Shown here piece by piece: positions 62,273 through 64,000 of a stretch of 64,000 bases of DNA. The notes beneath the pieces were generated by a model that made no database searches, had not been told where the DNA came from, and worked only from the letters and a program-made list of their open reading frames with translations. Position numbers and translations under genes: made by a program. The stretch comes from Eledone cirrhosa (Eukaryota): positions 14,508,001 to 14,572,000 of the forward strand of contig OZ024750.1 in the NCBI GenBank assembly GCA_964016885.1. Direction: 5' to 3'. Positions within the stretch are counted from its first letter, which is position 1. Each line of letters begins with the position of its first letter.

Positions 62273-63644
62273 CATCCGTTCCTTCCTGACTCTGTTAATA
62301 CAACAGGTTAATTTTTATGTACCAATGTTTAATTCTTTGTAAATCTTTATCACATTTAATTTAATTTCTAGAAATTTACGCTACTTATAGTGATGATAAA
62401 ATGGTTATATGTTCCGTTTTCTGTTTAACGTTTCCTAAGTTAATTTTTGCGTTAAACATTTTGTTCGTTCTTGTATATATTTTTATTATTTTGAAATAAT
62501 TCTAAGTGTTGGGAACTACAACATTTCTTTGTTTTTATTGATTTGTTCCTTTCATAATAAACATATAATTTAATACACACTATTTACTTGTAGAATAAAA
62601 TTTACATTAATGCTGTCCCCTGTTCTTAGTTAGTCTGCCCGAGATCGCTTCACCTCGAGTCAATAAAACAAGCACCTGCCAAATTACTTTGTTTTAATTA
62701 ATTTTACTCGTTCCGCTTTTCTCAGAATATGCAGTCGTGATAAACACAACCCGGTAATCTTTAGTCTCTTACGCTTAGTCATGTAATATGGTGAGTTGAG
62801 AACATTCGTGTAATGATATTATCCATGCAATTAGTGGACAAAACTTTCCTATGGGGGGGGGGGGGGGATTAAAAACAAAACAAAAACAAGAAGCAATGGA
62901 GGTAACTCCAATAATGTCAATCAATCGAAGTTTTTAGAAAATAATTGTTTCTATTTTTGGCACAAGGCCAGCAATTATCTCAGTGCATTACTGGTACTTT
63001 ATTTTATCGACCCCGTAAGGATGAAAGACAAAGTTAACCTCAGCAGGATTTGAACTCAGACCGTAAAGGGGTGTAACTCTAAACTACAAAGCATGGCGTC
63101 CGACCCTCTACCGATACTGCCAAAATGACGATGCAGATAGCAGTGTATGTTTACTTTATAGCCTATTAATGAAAGTAACAGACATATTGTAGCTTTATTA
63201 CAGTGAAGAGAGCTGGGTTAGTAACCGATACTGACGAACAGGGACTTCGTTTGCCTTAAAAAGGTGAGGGGGGAAACCAACAGTTTGATAAACAATGTAT
63301 TGTTTATTTATCTATATTCACTTAGTGAGACAAATACATATAAAATTGTTATACAATTCTCATTCAAATTATTGATGAGTTGATATTTTTTAATTTTTAG
63401 CAAATGGATGTGAATATTGAACAAACAAAATTCAATGCCAATTGCGACTTAGGGTCTATATATATTCATATATATACACATAAATAAACATGTAAAAATA
63501 TGTATTAAACATATGTATGACTTGTTAGTGGGATTTTCTTTGTTTTTTAATTGGGAAAAAGTAGTGTGAACAAAAGATGGTTTGTCCCCCGTTCCTGATA
63601 AAGTTTGTGTGTGTGTGTGTGTGTGGTGGTGGTGGTGGTGGGGG

Positions 63645-64000
63645 TCCTGTGGTACCCCCCTGAAACAAGACCCTTGCCGACGAGGGTAGATGGAAGCAGA
63701 GAGTATGGGACAATCTGTGTTCAAGCGAAACTTTTAACTCTCTCTTTGATCATTCTGATCTATTTTTTTGGTGCTGCTTTCTTTCTACAACCACAGAGTT
63801 CTTGGAAGACTGGATTGATGCCCTGCCTGTGGCCAACATTGGTGGCCCTCTCAGTTTGGACAAGGTCTGCACCTCCATTGCACTCTGAGTGGGAGCTGAT
63901 ATCTGTGGAGGTCTGAGATATTGATGTGGTAAGTTCCTCGATTCCACAGGCCTCCATGGTTTGTCATTCCGCCTGAATGCTGGTCACTTTGCCACACCTA
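63645..64000 (+). mobile_element. Decayed CRE-clade non-LTR retrotransposon fragment
   Basis: A + frame reads DWIDALPVANIGGPLSLDKVCTSIAL*VGADIC...CGKFLDSTGLHGLS, resembling the CRE W(L)xALP...IALRLG..C..CG..D..G.H.LSC region. Confidence 0.65.

Noticed and set aside
63750-63957. Minus-strand ORFs (MEACGIEELTTS...)
   Set aside because: They are antisense to a decayed CRE-like retrotransposon frame.

Overview
AT-rich, intron- and repeat-rich animal DNA. The repeat content ((TA)n/(CAT)n tracts, tRNA-headed SINEs with RTE tails) suggests a coleoid cephalopod such as Octopus; this is inference. Two complete spliced genes were rebuilt by hand with GT-AG introns and consistent phases. PERK/EIF2AK3 is on + (18 coding exons, 5034-48392, about 1045 aa). 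Rab28 is convergent on - (6 coding exons, 62116-54298, about 222 aa, CaaX CSLQ). The rest is decayed mobile DNA (mariner, RTE, CR1-like and RLE-type LINE relics, two SINE families, piggyBac/Tc1/hAT MITEs, a Helitron, Penelope-like relics) plus minisatellites. The main leads are: (1) Rab28 has Val in place of the catalytic switch-II Gln; (2) several non-consensus residues in the PERK N-lobe, including the Gly-rich loop, would each be restored by one A-to-I edit; (3) Penelope-type minimal hammerhead motifs and fold-back hairpins, one in sense just after the PERK stop; (4) start-stop uORFs before the PERK ATG. Repeat boundaries are approximate and family names come from recalled motifs, not database searches.
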